A DNA stretch of 64,000 bases from Candidatus Latescibacterota bacterium (GCA_963736125.1 CAVTNQ010000005.1:64218-128217); one strand, 5' to 3'; counted from the first letter of the stretch, positions 47,913 through 58,410 are shown. Notes: generated by a model not told the origin, from the sequence alone. Numbers and translations are program-made.

Positions 47913-49292
47913 ATGCACATCGTTGCAATCATAGGCGCCGGGTTCAGCGGGATTGCGACCGCCACCAACCTGGCGCGCCTTCCCTGGCCCCGCGGGGTGC
48001 GGATCGTGCTGATCGAACGCGCCCCGCGCTTCGCGCGTGGGGTGGCGTACTCGACCCAGCACCCCCTCCATTTGCTCAACGTTCCGGCTGGCCGCATGGG
48101 GGCCCTCGCCGACGACGAAGGCCACTTTCTCCGCTGGCTTCGACGCACCGATCCTTCGGTCACAGGCGATGCGTTCGTTCCCCGAAAGCGCTACGGCGAC
48201 TATCTCGAGTGGCTCATCGAGGACGCGACGTCGCGGGCGGCCGCGAACGTGGAGATCGAACGCCGCGTCGGAGACGTGGTCGACATCACGACGACCGACG
48301 CGCGGGCGACGCTCTCGCTGCGCGACGGGACGTCGATCGAAGCCGATCGCGCGGTCCTCGCACTCGGGAATCTCCCCCCGCGCGATCCCTTCGCGACGAG
48401 CCCCCTGCGCAACGACCCGCGCTACCGCCCGGACCCGTGGGCGCCCAACGCGCTCGCGAGCCTGCCCAAGACATCGAAACCGATCGTGATGGTCGGGTCG
48501 GGCCTCACCATGGTCGACGCCGTGCTCGCACTACGCGACGCGGGCCACCAGGCCGGTTTCGTCGCCGTCTCGCGACACGGACAGCTGCCTCACTCGCACC
48601 GCGACTGGCCCGCCAAACCGCCCGTCGTCGATCCACCGCGCGCGCTGGAAGATTGGGACGGTTCGACGCCGGCGCTCGTGCGCATGGTGCGCGACGCCTC
48701 GCGCGCCGCGAGCCGCTCGGGACTCGACTGGCGCGACGTCGTCAACGGCTTACGACCGATGACGGCGCAACTGTGGCACCGCATGCCGCCGCGTGAGCGG
48801 GCGCGCTTCGTGCGGCACGTGCGCCCGTTCTGGGACGTGCATCGCCACCGCATGTCGACGCGCGTCGCGGAGGAGATCAATCAACTGATCGCGCGACGCG
48901 AACTCTCGATCGTGGCGGGGCGTGTAGCGGACGCAGCGCCCGGGGTGGAATCGATTGCGATGACCGTGCGTCGACGCGGCGGCAGCGCCGTCGAACACTT
49001 CGAAGCCGGTGCCGTGGTCAACTGCACGGGACCCGACGGCGACTTCGCGCGCTTGCAGGAACCGCTGGTCGTGGCGATGCGCGAGCGCGGCGCGCTCGTG
49101 CCGGATGCGTTCGGGCTCGGTGTGGTGACCGACCACGATGGTGGTTTGCTCGACGTCGGCGGCCGGGCGTCGTCGGTGTTGTTTACGCTGGGGAGTCCGC
49201 GGCGTGGGGATGTGTGGGAATCGACCGCGGTGCCGGAGCTTCGTGTGCAGGCGGACCGGCTATCGCGCCGCCTGCGCGAATCGCTGCACTAA
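47913..49292 (+). CDS. FAD/NAD(P)-binding oxidoreductase
   Basis: MHIVAIIGAGFSGIATA is a GxGxxG dinucleotide-binding motif. A second Rossmann-like motif is IVMVGSGLTMVD. The product is 459 aa. Confidence 0.8.
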   Translation: MHIVAIIGAGFSGIATATNLARLPWPRGVRIVLIERAPRFARGVAYSTQHPLHLLNVPAGRMGALADDEGHFLRWLRRTDPSVTGDAFVPRKRYGDYLEWLIEDATSRAAANVEIERRVGDVVDITTTDARATLSLRDGTSIEADRAVLALGNLPPRDPFATSPLRNDPRYRPDPWAPNALASLPKTSKPIVMVGSGLTMVDAVLALRDAGHQAGFVAVSRHGQLPHSHRDWPAKPPVVDPPRALEDWDGSTPALVRMVRDASRAASRSGLDWRDVVNGLRPMTAQLWHRMPPRERARFVRHVRPFWDVHRHRMSTRVAEEINQLIARRELSIVAGRVADAAPGVESIAMTVRRRGGSAVEHFEAGAVVNCTGPDGDFARLQEPLVVAMRERGALVPDAFGLGVVTDHDGGLLDVGGRASSVLFTLGSPRRGDVWESTAVPELRVQADRLSRRLRESLH

Positions 49293-50626
49293 CTTCGAAT
49301 CTCGACGTGGAACTTCTTGCGTAGCTCTGCGAGATAGCTCTCATACGAACTGCTGAAGCGTTCTTGTTCGTAGAGGCGCTTCACCTCGTCACGCACTTCC
49401 GCGAACTCGTAGGGTCGCTCGGCTTCGACTTCGAGCAGCTTCACGATGCGAAAGCCCGCCGACTCGCGCAGCACCTGGCTCACGTCTCCCGGCTTCATGT
49501 CCTTCAACACGTCCTGGAAGAATTGCGGCAGCTCACTGACGCGCACCCAACCCAGATTGCCGTACTTGCCGGCGGCCGGGTCGGTGTTGTATTGAGCCGC
49601 GAGGGAGTCGAAGGGAACACCGCGTTTCAATTCGTCGTAGACGAAGGTCGCCGTCTTGAACACGTCGTCGATATCGGTGTCGGTCGGCTGCGAGCGAATG
49701 AGGATGTGTCGCACGTGGACTTCTCCCGTGCTCGGGCGCTGCTCGGTGACTTGGATCAAGTGGTAACCATAGACCGTCAGCACGGGCTGGCTGACTTCGC
49801 CCACCTTGAGTGAGGCCACCGCATTCGCGAACGCGGGCTCGCGGAGGTCTTGCGGGCGCAGGAAGCCCAAATCCCCGCCGAGCGCCGCACTCGGGTCCTC
49901 CGACTCCTTCTTAGCCACTTCGCCGAAGTCTTCGCCCGCGATGATGCGCGCGCGCAGTGCTTCGATCTTGGTACGCGAGACGTTCGAAGCACTCGGCGAC
50001 GAGTCGAAGCCCATGAAGATGGTCTGCAGCCGCGACACTGCCGGGCGCTCGGGAAGCTCGGATTTGCGTTCGTCGAATAGCGCCTTTAGCTCCGCGTCGG
50101 TCGGTTCGATGCGCTTGCGCTCCATGTCGCGGCGCAGCACGCGCTCGACCAGCATGCGGTTCTTGATCTGCACGCGGTACATCTTCTTGAGCTCGTCCAC
50201 GGTAAGCCCTTCCGCGGCGAGCTGGGCGTTGAAGGCATCGTCGCCCCCCAGCGTCTTTCGATTCTCGTCGAGGGCTTTGTTGACTTCCGCTTCCACCTCG
50301 GAGAACGGGACATCGATCCCGAGAACCGCCGCCTGCGCGATCACCAGCTTGTCGTCGATAAGGATTTGGAGTGCTTGATCGAACAAACTGTCGCGTTCGG
50401 CGGGCGCGATCTCGGTCTTTCCCTGCTGAATGAGCGTTTGACGAACCGCCTGCTCGACGTCGCTCTCGAAGATGGCCTCGTCGTCGACGACAGCCACGAT
50501 GCGGTCGATGACACGACGATCGGCGGACGCCGTCGCCGCCCAAGCGATCACACCGGCGAGCAGCAAGAACGCTGCGCACGCTCGAACGAGCGCTCCGCTG
50601 GCGCGATTCTGTCTACTCGCCTCCAC
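49289..50626 (-). CDS. SurA/PrsA-like periplasmic peptidyl-prolyl isomerase (PPIC-type), copy 1
   Basis: The PPIC domain is GGDLGFLRPQDLREPAFANAVASLKVGEVSQPVLTVYGYHLIQV. GGAGG lies 9 nt before the proposed GTG start at 50626. The signal peptide is ALVRACAAFLLLAGVIAWAATASA. The ORF-track ATG at 50713 would overlap the upstream gene by 100 nt. Confidence 0.7.
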   Translation of the reverse strand: MEASRQNRASGALVRACAAFLLLAGVIAWAATASADRRVIDRIVAVVDDEAIFESDVEQAVRQTLIQQGKTEIAPAERDSLFDQALQILIDDKLVIAQAAVLGIDVPFSEVEAEVNKALDENRKTLGGDDAFNAQLAAEGLTVDELKKMYRVQIKNRMLVERVLRRDMERKRIEPTDAELKALFDERKSELPERPAVSRLQTIFMGFDSSPSASNVSRTKIEALRARIIAGEDFGEVAKKESEDPSAALGGDLGFLRPQDLREPAFANAVASLKVGEVSQPVLTVYGYHLIQVTEQRPSTGEVHVRHILIRSQPTDTDIDDVFKTATFVYDELKRGVPFDSLAAQYNTDPAAGKYGNLGWVRVSELPQFFQDVLKDMKPGDVSQVLRESAGFRIVKLLEVEAERPYEFAEVRDEVKRLYEQERFSSSYESYLAELRKKFHVEIRS

Positions 50627-51710
50627 TGGTGTCCGCCTCCTCGTTGGTGATCGGCGCCGTCGCGGCCGACGTGTCGCGCGGTGCCGCGGGTGCGCCCGAT
50701 GCGCTGCCTGCACGCGATTCGCCGGGCTCCGGCAGCGCCTTCGTGAACCCCTGCGCCGCCCGCTCTTCCGCCTCGCGCACCGTCCGCAGCGATTCCGCCC
50801 GCGCGATCGCGAACTTCAGGTCGGGGTCGATGACTTCGATCTTGGCGCGCTCGACCAGTGAGGTCACGAGACTGTCGTAGACCGCCGATCGCTTGCGAAT
50901 CAAGAGCAACTTCGAGATGTCCGGCGCTACCTGCTCGAAGGGGAGCTCGTTGAGCGAGGTGCGCACGTCGGTCAGTTTGATGATGTGGTATCCGAACTCC
51001 GACTCGACGATGTCGCTCACTTCCCCGCGGCGCATGCGAAACACCACGTCTTCGAACTCCGGGAGCATGTTGCCCTTGGAGAGATACCCGAGGTCGCCGC
51101 CCGCGCCCGTGTGCTTGTCCACCGACATCTTGCGCGCGACCCACGAGAACGGACGCGTCTTGAGCATTTCCTTCGCTTCTTGCGCTTCCTCGATCGTGTT
51201 GGTGAGAATGTGGCTCACCCGCACCTCGAGGTTGTATTCGTCTTTGTGGTTGCGATAATACCGCAGCACCTCGGAACGCGACACGATGGCGCGCTCGTCG
51301 AGCACCTGCTCGACCAATCGATCGGCGATCAAATCCTTTTTGTACTGCTCCACCTTGCGCGTGATTTCGTCCGAGACGCCCATTCCCACACGAGCCGCTT
51401 CCTCGTACAGCAATTGGGTCGCGACCCAGCGGTCGAAGTAGGTACGTCGCTCTTCGATGGTGGAGAGGGCGAACTCGTCTTCGGGAAGATATGCGTCCAG
51501 GTCGGTGCGATACAACGGCTGCCCGTTGATTCTCGCCACGATCGGCCCGGGGTCCACCGCCGGGTGGCCGACGTCGCGGCGCTCGCACGCCGAGGCGACC
51601 GTGAGGACGGCCGTCGCCACGACTGCGATGAGCCGGCGAGGTCGACCCCGGAACGCGATAGGGGGCATGGCGCCCCCTATCGGTCCGTCGATCGATCGAT
51701 TCGACGTCAT
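50613..51710 (-). CDS. SurA/PrsA-like PPIC-type peptidyl-prolyl isomerase, copy 2
   Basis: The PPIC domain is AGGDLGYLSKGNMLPEFEDVVFRMRRGEVSDIVESEFGYHIIKL. Its signal/lipobox reads IAVVATAVLTVASAC. An alternative start is the ATG at 51668. Confidence 0.7.
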   Translation of the reverse strand: MTSNRSIDGPIGGAMPPIAFRGRPRRLIAVVATAVLTVASACERRDVGHPAVDPGPIVARINGQPLYRTDLDAYLPEDEFALSTIEERRTYFDRWVATQLLYEEAARVGMGVSDEITRKVEQYKKDLIADRLVEQVLDERAIVSRSEVLRYYRNHKDEYNLEVRVSHILTNTIEEAQEAKEMLKTRPFSWVARKMSVDKHTGAGGDLGYLSKGNMLPEFEDVVFRMRRGEVSDIVESEFGYHIIKLTDVRTSLNELPFEQVAPDISKLLLIRKRSAVYDSLVTSLVERAKIEVIDPDLKFAIARAESLRTVREAEERAAQGFTKALPEPGESRAGSASGAPAAPRDTSAATAPITNEEADTSGGE

Positions 51711-51730
51711 CGTCCCCACGCGAATGCCGC

Positions 51731-53467
51731 CTATTTCGCGGTCGCCGCCGAAGCGGTCGCGGGCGCCGGGCGCTCGACGATCTTCGTCTTGGCGAGATTG
51801 TCCTCGTGGATGACGACGCCGACTTCTTCTTTCCACTTGGCCAACATTTCCTCCAAGCGTTTGTCGTTCTTGTCCTGGCGGAGTGCTCCTTCGATGCGCG
51901 ACTCCGATTCTTCCAGCGAGAAGTACTTCTCGTCCACGCGCTCGTCGAGCCTGAGTACCATCCAGCCGCGCGAGATTTGGAACGGCTCCGAAACGTCGCC
52001 CACCTTACGCAGCGAGAAACCCACGGCGTCCAACTCGGGCTGTTCGCCGCGCGCGATCTCCGGCGTTTCGCCGTTGTTCGCCTTCGTCTCCTCGTCCACC
52101 GAGTAAGCCAACATGACGGTGCGGAACGGCTTGCCGGCCTTGAGCTCGCGATAGGCTTGCTGCGCCGACTCGACGTCGCCGGTCAGGATGACGCCGAACT
52201 TCCGCTTCTCGGGGTTGTGGAATTGCTCCATGTTGCCGTCGTAGTAATTCTTGATGTCGTCCTTGGTCACGACCGTCGTCTTGTTGATCACGTCGTTGTA
52301 GAGGAGGTTGACCATGATCTCCTCTTTCTTGGCCTTGAGCGCCTTGGCGACTTCCGGGTCGTTCTCGATCCCCGACTTGCGAACCACGTCGGAGGAGATC
52401 TCGTTCATGATGCGCTCGACCAGGAACTGCCGAATGCCGCCGTATCGATACGATCGACGCGGGCGGTTGAAGAACGACGCTTGGTCGTAGAAGTCGGAGA
52501 AATCCTTGATCGTGATCTGCTTGCCGCCTTGCCACGTGACGATGGGCTTGTCGAGGTCGGCCGGATCGAACAGGAGCAACGGGTAGACTTCCTGGCTCCG
52601 CGCGGGCGCGTCGTCGAAGTCGCGGTCGGGCGGGAGGGCCGTGTACACGATGCCGATGTTGTCGTAGTGCCAGACGACGCCGTACTGGTCGCGCAGCCCG
52701 TCGGTGAACTTGTTCAGCGCGACGGCTTCCTTGAGATTCTTGACCTGCGTCGTGTACTCCGCCTTCACGTCTTCGAAGGGCGGCTTCGCGCGTCCCTCGT
52801 TGCGTCGCAGCACCTTCATGATGACCCAGCCCTGCGAGGTCATGACGGGTTGTGTGACGCCGCCGACGGGGATGCTGAACAGCTGCTCCTGCACTTCGGG
52901 GGTCAACTGTCCGTAGACGGCCGTGAATACCATCCCGCCGGTCGACGCGTCTTCGTTCTTGGAGTACTGGCGCACGGCGGTGTCGAAATCGAGACCGTCC
53001 TTTTCAACGGCCTGGTACGCCTCCTGCGCTTGCTCGGGTGTGTCGCACAGGATCTGCTTGCACTCCATCGACGTGCCCGTATTGTCGTAGTGGGTTTTGA
53101 CCTCGGCGTCGGTCACCTTGATCTTGTCGGCGACTTGCTTCTTCAAGTACGCCACCTGCAGGGCCATGCGCGAGAACATCTCCATGCTCTGCGCCACACT
53201 CGGGTCCTTGTCGTAACCCAGCTCGTCCGCCTTGTACGCCATCACGTACTTGTTGAGCATCGTCGTCAAGAATTCCTTCTTGCCTTCGAGGCCGGTGGCT
53301 TTCGGCAAATAGGCCGGGTCTACCTTCTGGTACGCCGTCTCGAAATCGGAGACGGTGATCACCTGGTCCTTGAACTCGGCGACCTTGAGATCTTCACGCT
53401 TCGAGCAACCGGTGACCGCGACGCCTGCGAGCGCGGCGAGCGCGAGCCAACTCCACTGAATCCTCAT
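51731..53467 (-). CDS. SurA-like PPIC-type peptidyl-prolyl isomerase lipoprotein, copy 3
   Basis: MRIQWSWLALAALAGVAVTGCSK is a lipobox signal. Two parvulin-like segments are present (STGGMVFTAVYGQLTPEVQEQLFSIPVGGVTQPVMTSQGWVIMKV). Confidence 0.75.
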   Translation of the reverse strand: MRIQWSWLALAALAGVAVTGCSKREDLKVAEFKDQVITVSDFETAYQKVDPAYLPKATGLEGKKEFLTTMLNKYVMAYKADELGYDKDPSVAQSMEMFSRMALQVAYLKKQVADKIKVTDAEVKTHYDNTGTSMECKQILCDTPEQAQEAYQAVEKDGLDFDTAVRQYSKNEDASTGGMVFTAVYGQLTPEVQEQLFSIPVGGVTQPVMTSQGWVIMKVLRRNEGRAKPPFEDVKAEYTTQVKNLKEAVALNKFTDGLRDQYGVVWHYDNIGIVYTALPPDRDFDDAPARSQEVYPLLLFDPADLDKPIVTWQGGKQITIKDFSDFYDQASFFNRPRRSYRYGGIRQFLVERIMNEISSDVVRKSGIENDPEVAKALKAKKEEIMVNLLYNDVINKTTVVTKDDIKNYYDGNMEQFHNPEKRKFGVILTGDVESAQQAYRELKAGKPFRTVMLAYSVDEETKANNGETPEIARGEQPELDAVGFSLRKVGDVSEPFQISRGWMVLRLDERVDEKYFSLEESESRIEGALRQDKNDKRLEEMLAKWKEEVGVVIHEDNLAKTKIVERPAPATASAATAK

Positions 53468-53517
53468 CGAGCGAGACTCCTTTCCTACGACGCTTGGAAT
53501 TGCGCGGAGGGATGATG

Positions 53518-56500
53518 CTAACGTTTTGGCAAGCTGTTGATTTTACTAGCGAAGCGGGCCACTTGCAACAGGTTCTTCACCTCGTCGACAAGGCGCGCCG
53601 GCGGCTGGCCGATCAAGCTCACCGCGAACGTGCTTCCCGCCTTAAACAGAATCCGGCGCCCGAAAGTTTCCGATAACCGGGCGGCGGCTTCGGGGGTCAG
53701 CGCCCGGCCGGAAGCGAACTCCAAGCTAGCTTCTCCGCGGGGAAGGCTTTGCGCGACTTCGCCCGGCCGGCCCGAACGCCCCGCTTCGCGGGAAAGCATT
53801 CGGTAGCCCGGGTCGCGGAGCTGGACGATGACCACACCCAGCCGGCTCGCCTCCAGCTTGACGTGGGCCAGGTCGACCAGCATCTGGGCCGGCGGCGGCG
53901 GTTCGCCGAAGCGATCGCGGAGCTCGTCGCCCAACGCGATCGCTTCGTCGGGGTCGGTCATGCGGGCAATTCGTCTGTATAGCAGCATGCGTTCGTCGGC
54001 GTCGGGCACGTACCGATCGGGGAGATAACAGCTGTACGGGGCTTCGACCCGGCACGGGGGTGCCTCTTCGCGCGCTTCGCCGCGAAGCGCGTCGACGGTT
54101 TCCTTGAGCAACTTCGTGTACAGCTCGAAGCCGATCGCTGCCACGTGTCCGTGCTGCTCGGTGCCGAGCACGTTGCCCGCACCGCGAATCTCGAGGTCGC
54201 GCATCGCGAGGCGGTAGCCGCTGCCCAACTCTTCGAACTCCTCCATCGCCTGCAGCCGCTTCACGGCTTGCGGGGTCAGCGAAATCTGTCGCGGCACCAT
54301 GAAGTACGCGTACGCCTGCTGCTCACGACGGCCCACGCGTCCGCGCAGTTGATACAGCTGTGCCAGCCCGAAACGATCCGCGCGATTGATGATCAGCGTG
54401 TTCGCATTGGGAAAGTCCAAGCCCGACTCGATGATCATGGTGGAAATCAGCACGTCGAACTTGCGGTCCATGAAATCGAGCACGGCGGTTTCCAGTTGGT
54501 CTTCCGCCATTTGGCCGTGGGCGACGCCGAAGCGCACACCGGGGAGCAGCTTCTCCAAGAAAGCCTTCATCGAATAAATGGACTGCACGCGGTTGTGCAC
54601 GAAGAAGACTTGCCCGTCGCGGCCGATTTCTTCCGAGATCGCGCGCGCGATCACGTCTTCGTCGAAGGCGATGACTTCGGTCTTCACCGGGTGGCGATTG
54701 CGCGGTGGGGTTTCGATGAGCGAAATCTTTCGTAGCCCCGATAAAGACATGTACAACGTGCGCGGGATCGGCGTCGCGGTGAGTGAAAGCACGTGGACGC
54801 CCTTCGCGATCTGCTTCAGACGCTCCTTGTGCTTGACGCCGAAGCGGTGTTCTTCGTCGACGATCAAGAGCCCGAGGTCCTTGAAGACGACGTCCTTCGA
54901 AAACAGGCGGTGCGTTCCGATCACGATGTCGATGGTGCCTTCGCGCAGCGCCGCCACGGTTTCCTTCTGCTCGGCCGTCGAAACGAAGCGGGAGAGCATC
55001 GCGATGCGCAGCGGAAACTGCTTCATGCGCTCGGTGAACGTGCGCTGGTGCTGGAACGCGAGCAGCGTGGTGGGAACGAGCACGGCGACTTGCTTCCCGC
55101 TCGACGCCACCTTGAACGCGGCGCGGATCGCCACCTCGGTCTTGCCGAAGCCGACGTCGCCGCACACCAAGCGTTCCATCGGGTGCGCCTCTTCGAGATC
55201 ATCCTTGATCTCGCGTGTGACACTGATCTGGTGCGGGGTTTCTTCGTATGGGAACGACGCCTCCAGCTCGCGCTGCCACTGTGTGTCGGGGCCGAAGGCG
55301 GGGGCAGTGGCAAGTTCTCGTTCTGCGTACACACGAAGGAGATCCTTGGCGACGTCTTCGATCGCTTTCTGGGCGCGCTCTTTCGTGTGTTGCCAGCGAG
55401 TTCCGCCGAGTTTGTCGAGCTTCGGTACTACGCCCTCGCGCCCCACGTACTTCTCGACCAAGTGAATCTGGTCGAGCGGGACGAAGATGCGGTCGCCGCC
55501 GTCGAAGCGCACCGTGAGGCATTCGGTGGCGTTCTCGTCGGCCTCGATCTTCTCCAAACCCACGAAACGCCCGATGCCGTAGTCGACGTGCACCACGTAA
55601 TCGCCGCCCTTCAAGCTGTCGGTGCGAACCGTAGCGGTGCGACGCTTGATACGCTTCTTGCGCGGGCGCGCCAGCATGCGATTAAAGATCTGGTGGTCGG
55701 TGAGTATGGCGAGGCTCGCCTGCTCCCAGATGAATCCGCCCGCGATCCATCCCACCGGCAAGTGCACGAGCAACTCGTCTTCGCCCAGCATGTCGGCCAG
55801 ACGATCGCGCTGCGTCGGCGTTTCGGAGTAGATCATCACGTCGACGCCCTTCGCACCGAGCCCCTTGATCTGCCTCAAAAGCGGGTCGAGTTTGCCGACC
55901 ACACTGGGATGCGCCGATGTCTGGAAGCGAACACTTTGTTCGTTGTCGTGCGGTGGATCGATCGCATCCGATCTTGCGGCCGCATCGGCCGGCGGCGCCG
56001 CCGTGATGGACGCGTCCGACAACGCCCAGTGGACCACGACGGGGGCCCCGTGCGCGCGCACGTGGTCGATCGCATGGACGTAGTCTTCGAGGGCCAGCGG
56101 CGGGAATTCGTCTTCGGCGCGCTGGGCGTTGCGGGCGAAGTTGCGCGCGAGGTTCGCGAGCACGCGGTTCGTGCCTTCCCCGTCGACGAACCATACGACC
56201 GGCGGCTCCGCGAAGAATTCCAAGAGCGAGCCCGTCATACCGAGTGCCGGCGCGTAGCGACGCCACACGTACGACGAGCGCGAGTGCTCGGCTTCGTCGG
56301 CGATTCTCTCGATTAGATCTTTCGGGAACTCGCGGGCCTGCAAGTAGGCGCGCAGGTGCGCGGTGGCTGTGTCGTCGAGCGGAACACTGCTGGCAGGCAA
56401 TATCGTGCACGATTGCAAGGTTTCAATCGAACGCTGCGTGTCGAGGTCGAAGGAACGAATCGACGCGATCTCGTCGCCGTCCAGCTCGACGCGCGCCGGG

Positions 56501-57147
56501 TAGTCCCAGGCCGGATCGAACACGTCTACGATCGACCCGCGCACCGCGAATTGCCCCGCCTCTTCGATGACGGTCAAGGCGTCATAGCCCATCGCGACCA
56601 AGTGATCGCGCAGCGCCTCCAAGTCCAGCGTATCGCCGACCGCGAGCACGCGCTGGTGCGACGCGAGCTGCGCGCGCGGAATGGTCTTCTCGATGAGACC
56701 GAGCACGCTCGTCACCACGACGTCAGCGCCGCCGTTCAGAATCTTGAGGAGACTCTCGTTGCGATCGCCGCCGGCGGCCAGGTTCTCGCGCAGCTCGAAG
56801 CGGTGCGGTGCGATCGCGCGCTCGGGAAAGTGCACGACGCTCCCGCTCGAGAGGGTGCGGAAGTCGGAGGCTGCGTCCTGCGCGGCTTCGTCGTCGGGAT
56901 AGACCAGGAGCAAGCTCTGGCCGAGCGATTGACGGATCGCTTCGGCCACGAGGACGGGCGACGAGCCCTTCAGCCCCGAGACGTGCACACGACGGCGCGC
57001 GGTGAGCTTCTCGCCGTAGAGACCGCGCGGCGCATCGAGGGCGCGACCGGCTTGCGCCTGTGCGATCTCGCGCGCGGCGCGCGCAGCATCTTCGATGGCC
57101 GCGCGCAGCGAATGCGTTTGTGGAAGACGTCGAACTTTGTCGATCAA
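53518..57147 (-). CDS. mfd: transcription-repair coupling factor
   Basis: The 1209-aa product carries UvrB-homology, the RNAP-interacting domain, and DEAD/DEAH helicase motifs (GDVGFGKTEVA, DEEHRFG). The C-terminal TRG region is present. Confidence 0.9.
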   Translation of the reverse strand: MIDKVRRLPQTHSLRAAIEDAARAAREIAQAQAGRALDAPRGLYGEKLTARRRVHVSGLKGSSPVLVAEAIRQSLGQSLLLVYPDDEAAQDAASDFRTLSSGSVVHFPERAIAPHRFELRENLAAGGDRNESLLKILNGGADVVVTSVLGLIEKTIPRAQLASHQRVLAVGDTLDLEALRDHLVAMGYDALTVIEEAGQFAVRGSIVDVFDPAWDYPARVELDGDEIASIRSFDLDTQRSIETLQSCTILPASSVPLDDTATAHLRAYLQAREFPKDLIERIADEAEHSRSSYVWRRYAPALGMTGSLLEFFAEPPVVWFVDGEGTNRVLANLARNFARNAQRAEDEFPPLALEDYVHAIDHVRAHGAPVVVHWALSDASITAAPPADAAARSDAIDPPHDNEQSVRFQTSAHPSVVGKLDPLLRQIKGLGAKGVDVMIYSETPTQRDRLADMLGEDELLVHLPVGWIAGGFIWEQASLAILTDHQIFNRMLARPRKKRIKRRTATVRTDSLKGGDYVVHVDYGIGRFVGLEKIEADENATECLTVRFDGGDRIFVPLDQIHLVEKYVGREGVVPKLDKLGGTRWQHTKERAQKAIEDVAKDLLRVYAERELATAPAFGPDTQWQRELEASFPYEETPHQISVTREIKDDLEEAHPMERLVCGDVGFGKTEVAIRAAFKVASSGKQVAVLVPTTLLAFQHQRTFTERMKQFPLRIAMLSRFVSTAEQKETVAALREGTIDIVIGTHRLFSKDVVFKDLGLLIVDEEHRFGVKHKERLKQIAKGVHVLSLTATPIPRTLYMSLSGLRKISLIETPPRNRHPVKTEVIAFDEDVIARAISEEIGRDGQVFFVHNRVQSIYSMKAFLEKLLPGVRFGVAHGQMAEDQLETAVLDFMDRKFDVLISTMIIESGLDFPNANTLIINRADRFGLAQLYQLRGRVGRREQQAYAYFMVPRQISLTPQAVKRLQAMEEFEELGSGYRLAMRDLEIRGAGNVLGTEQHGHVAAIGFELYTKLLKETVDALRGEAREEAPPCRVEAPYSCYLPDRYVPDADERMLLYRRIARMTDPDEAIALGDELRDRFGEPPPPAQMLVDLAHVKLEASRLGVVIVQLRDPGYRMLSREAGRSGRPGEVAQSLPRGEASLEFASGRALTPEAAARLSETFGRRILFKAGSTFAVSLIGQPPARLVDEVKNLLQVARFASKINSLPKR

Positions 57148-58322
57148 GGCTCGTTCACGCTTTGCGGTGAATGGTTATCGGTTGCCAGAAGATGGTTCTC
57201 GGAAAGCCAGTCCACAAGCGTCTCGGCCCAAAACCGATTGAAGTCGCCGTTGAAATGCCCGCCGCTGTGCGTATTCGTAATCGACCCCGCAAATTCCTTC
57301 GGCTGCGGTATGGCCCCGGTGATGGCCACCGCGCAATGGGTGGAATCGGCCGATGCGCGCACGATGTCCGTAACATCCCGTATGTACCAATCCGGCGTGG
57401 TGGCGATGAACATGTGCACCACGGTGGCGTCGTGCGCCAGCGCGACTCGATGCAGGCAATTCAACGCCTCCAACATGAGCACGCGTTGAGCATCCGAAAG
57501 CTTCTTCCGCTGCGCCAGAGACTCCGTGCTGAACTCCGAGCGCAGCATGTCGGGGCTGAAGCGGAGCGTGCGCGCGCCGAACGTGAGCTTGTCGGGATAG
57601 CCCAATTCCTCGGTTCGCCGAAAGCCCCACAGCAAGTCTTGCAGGTACGGTTCGCTCGCCTTGGGTGCGGGTCCGGCATCTGCGTTCTTCCTCGCCGCGC
57701 GCAGGTAGCGGATCAGGTTCACGAGATGGACCCGGCTACGCTCGTCCGCCACCGTCTCGGTCTTCCAATAGCCGAAGTAGTACCCGATGTTACGAATGTT
57801 GTCGGTGGCGTCGTTGACCGAATGCTGGAGAACCACCAGGCGCGGCTTGGCGTCTTCGTGGATACGAAAGAAATCCTCCAGACGAACGCAACTCTGGAAG
57901 GTGCCGTACCCGCCCACGCCCAAGTTGACCGCTCGCACCCGTCCCTTCGACTGCTCGTGCAGCAATCGATCGATGTTCGACGCGAACGTCTGATCGGTCG
58001 AGACACCCCAGCCGAAGGTGTACGAATCGCCGCAAAGGATCACGAGCTCCTTAGAGTAGTCGACTGCTCCCAAGACACCCAGTCGGTACCCGTCGGCGTC
58101 GGTTCGGATCGCGATCTCGTAGTCGGGTCCGTAGTACACGTCGTCGAGGTTGGGTGCCGGCTTCCACCCGAGACGCCGCTCGGCGACGTAGAAGCCGGGG
58201 CGCGGGCCGAACTTGTCACCGTAGCGAATCCGCACCACCGCCTCGGCGGCCACGAAGCAAATCAACGTGGTGCAAACCACCAACGCCGCAACTCGAATCG
58301 CGTTGCTCAAAGATCGTGGCAT
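57144..58322 (-). CDS. SGNH/GDSL-family hydrolase, membrane-anchored (tandem paralogue A)
   Basis: The TM anchor is AALVVCTTLICFVAAEAVV. Block I is LVILCGDSYTFGWGV. HSVNDATDN follows later. It shares an ATGA overlap with the mfd start. Confidence 0.7.
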   Translation of the reverse strand: MPRSLSNAIRVAALVVCTTLICFVAAEAVVRIRYGDKFGPRPGFYVAERRLGWKPAPNLDDVYYGPDYEIAIRTDADGYRLGVLGAVDYSKELVILCGDSYTFGWGVSTDQTFASNIDRLLHEQSKGRVRAVNLGVGGYGTFQSCVRLEDFFRIHEDAKPRLVVLQHSVNDATDNIRNIGYYFGYWKTETVADERSRVHLVNLIRYLRAARKNADAGPAPKASEPYLQDLLWGFRRTEELGYPDKLTFGARTLRFSPDMLRSEFSTESLAQRKKLSDAQRVLMLEALNCLHRVALAHDATVVHMFIATTPDWYIRDVTDIVRASADSTHCAVAITGAIPQPKEFAGSITNTHSGGHFNGDFNRFWAETLVDWLSENHLLATDNHSPQSVNEP

Positions 58323-58410
58323 CCGGGAAGTATAGACTCTGCGCGCGATCTTGTGCGAGGACCCGGCGCGTGAGGGAGACGTCGGACCTTGTCGATCAAG
58401 CCTACCGCCG

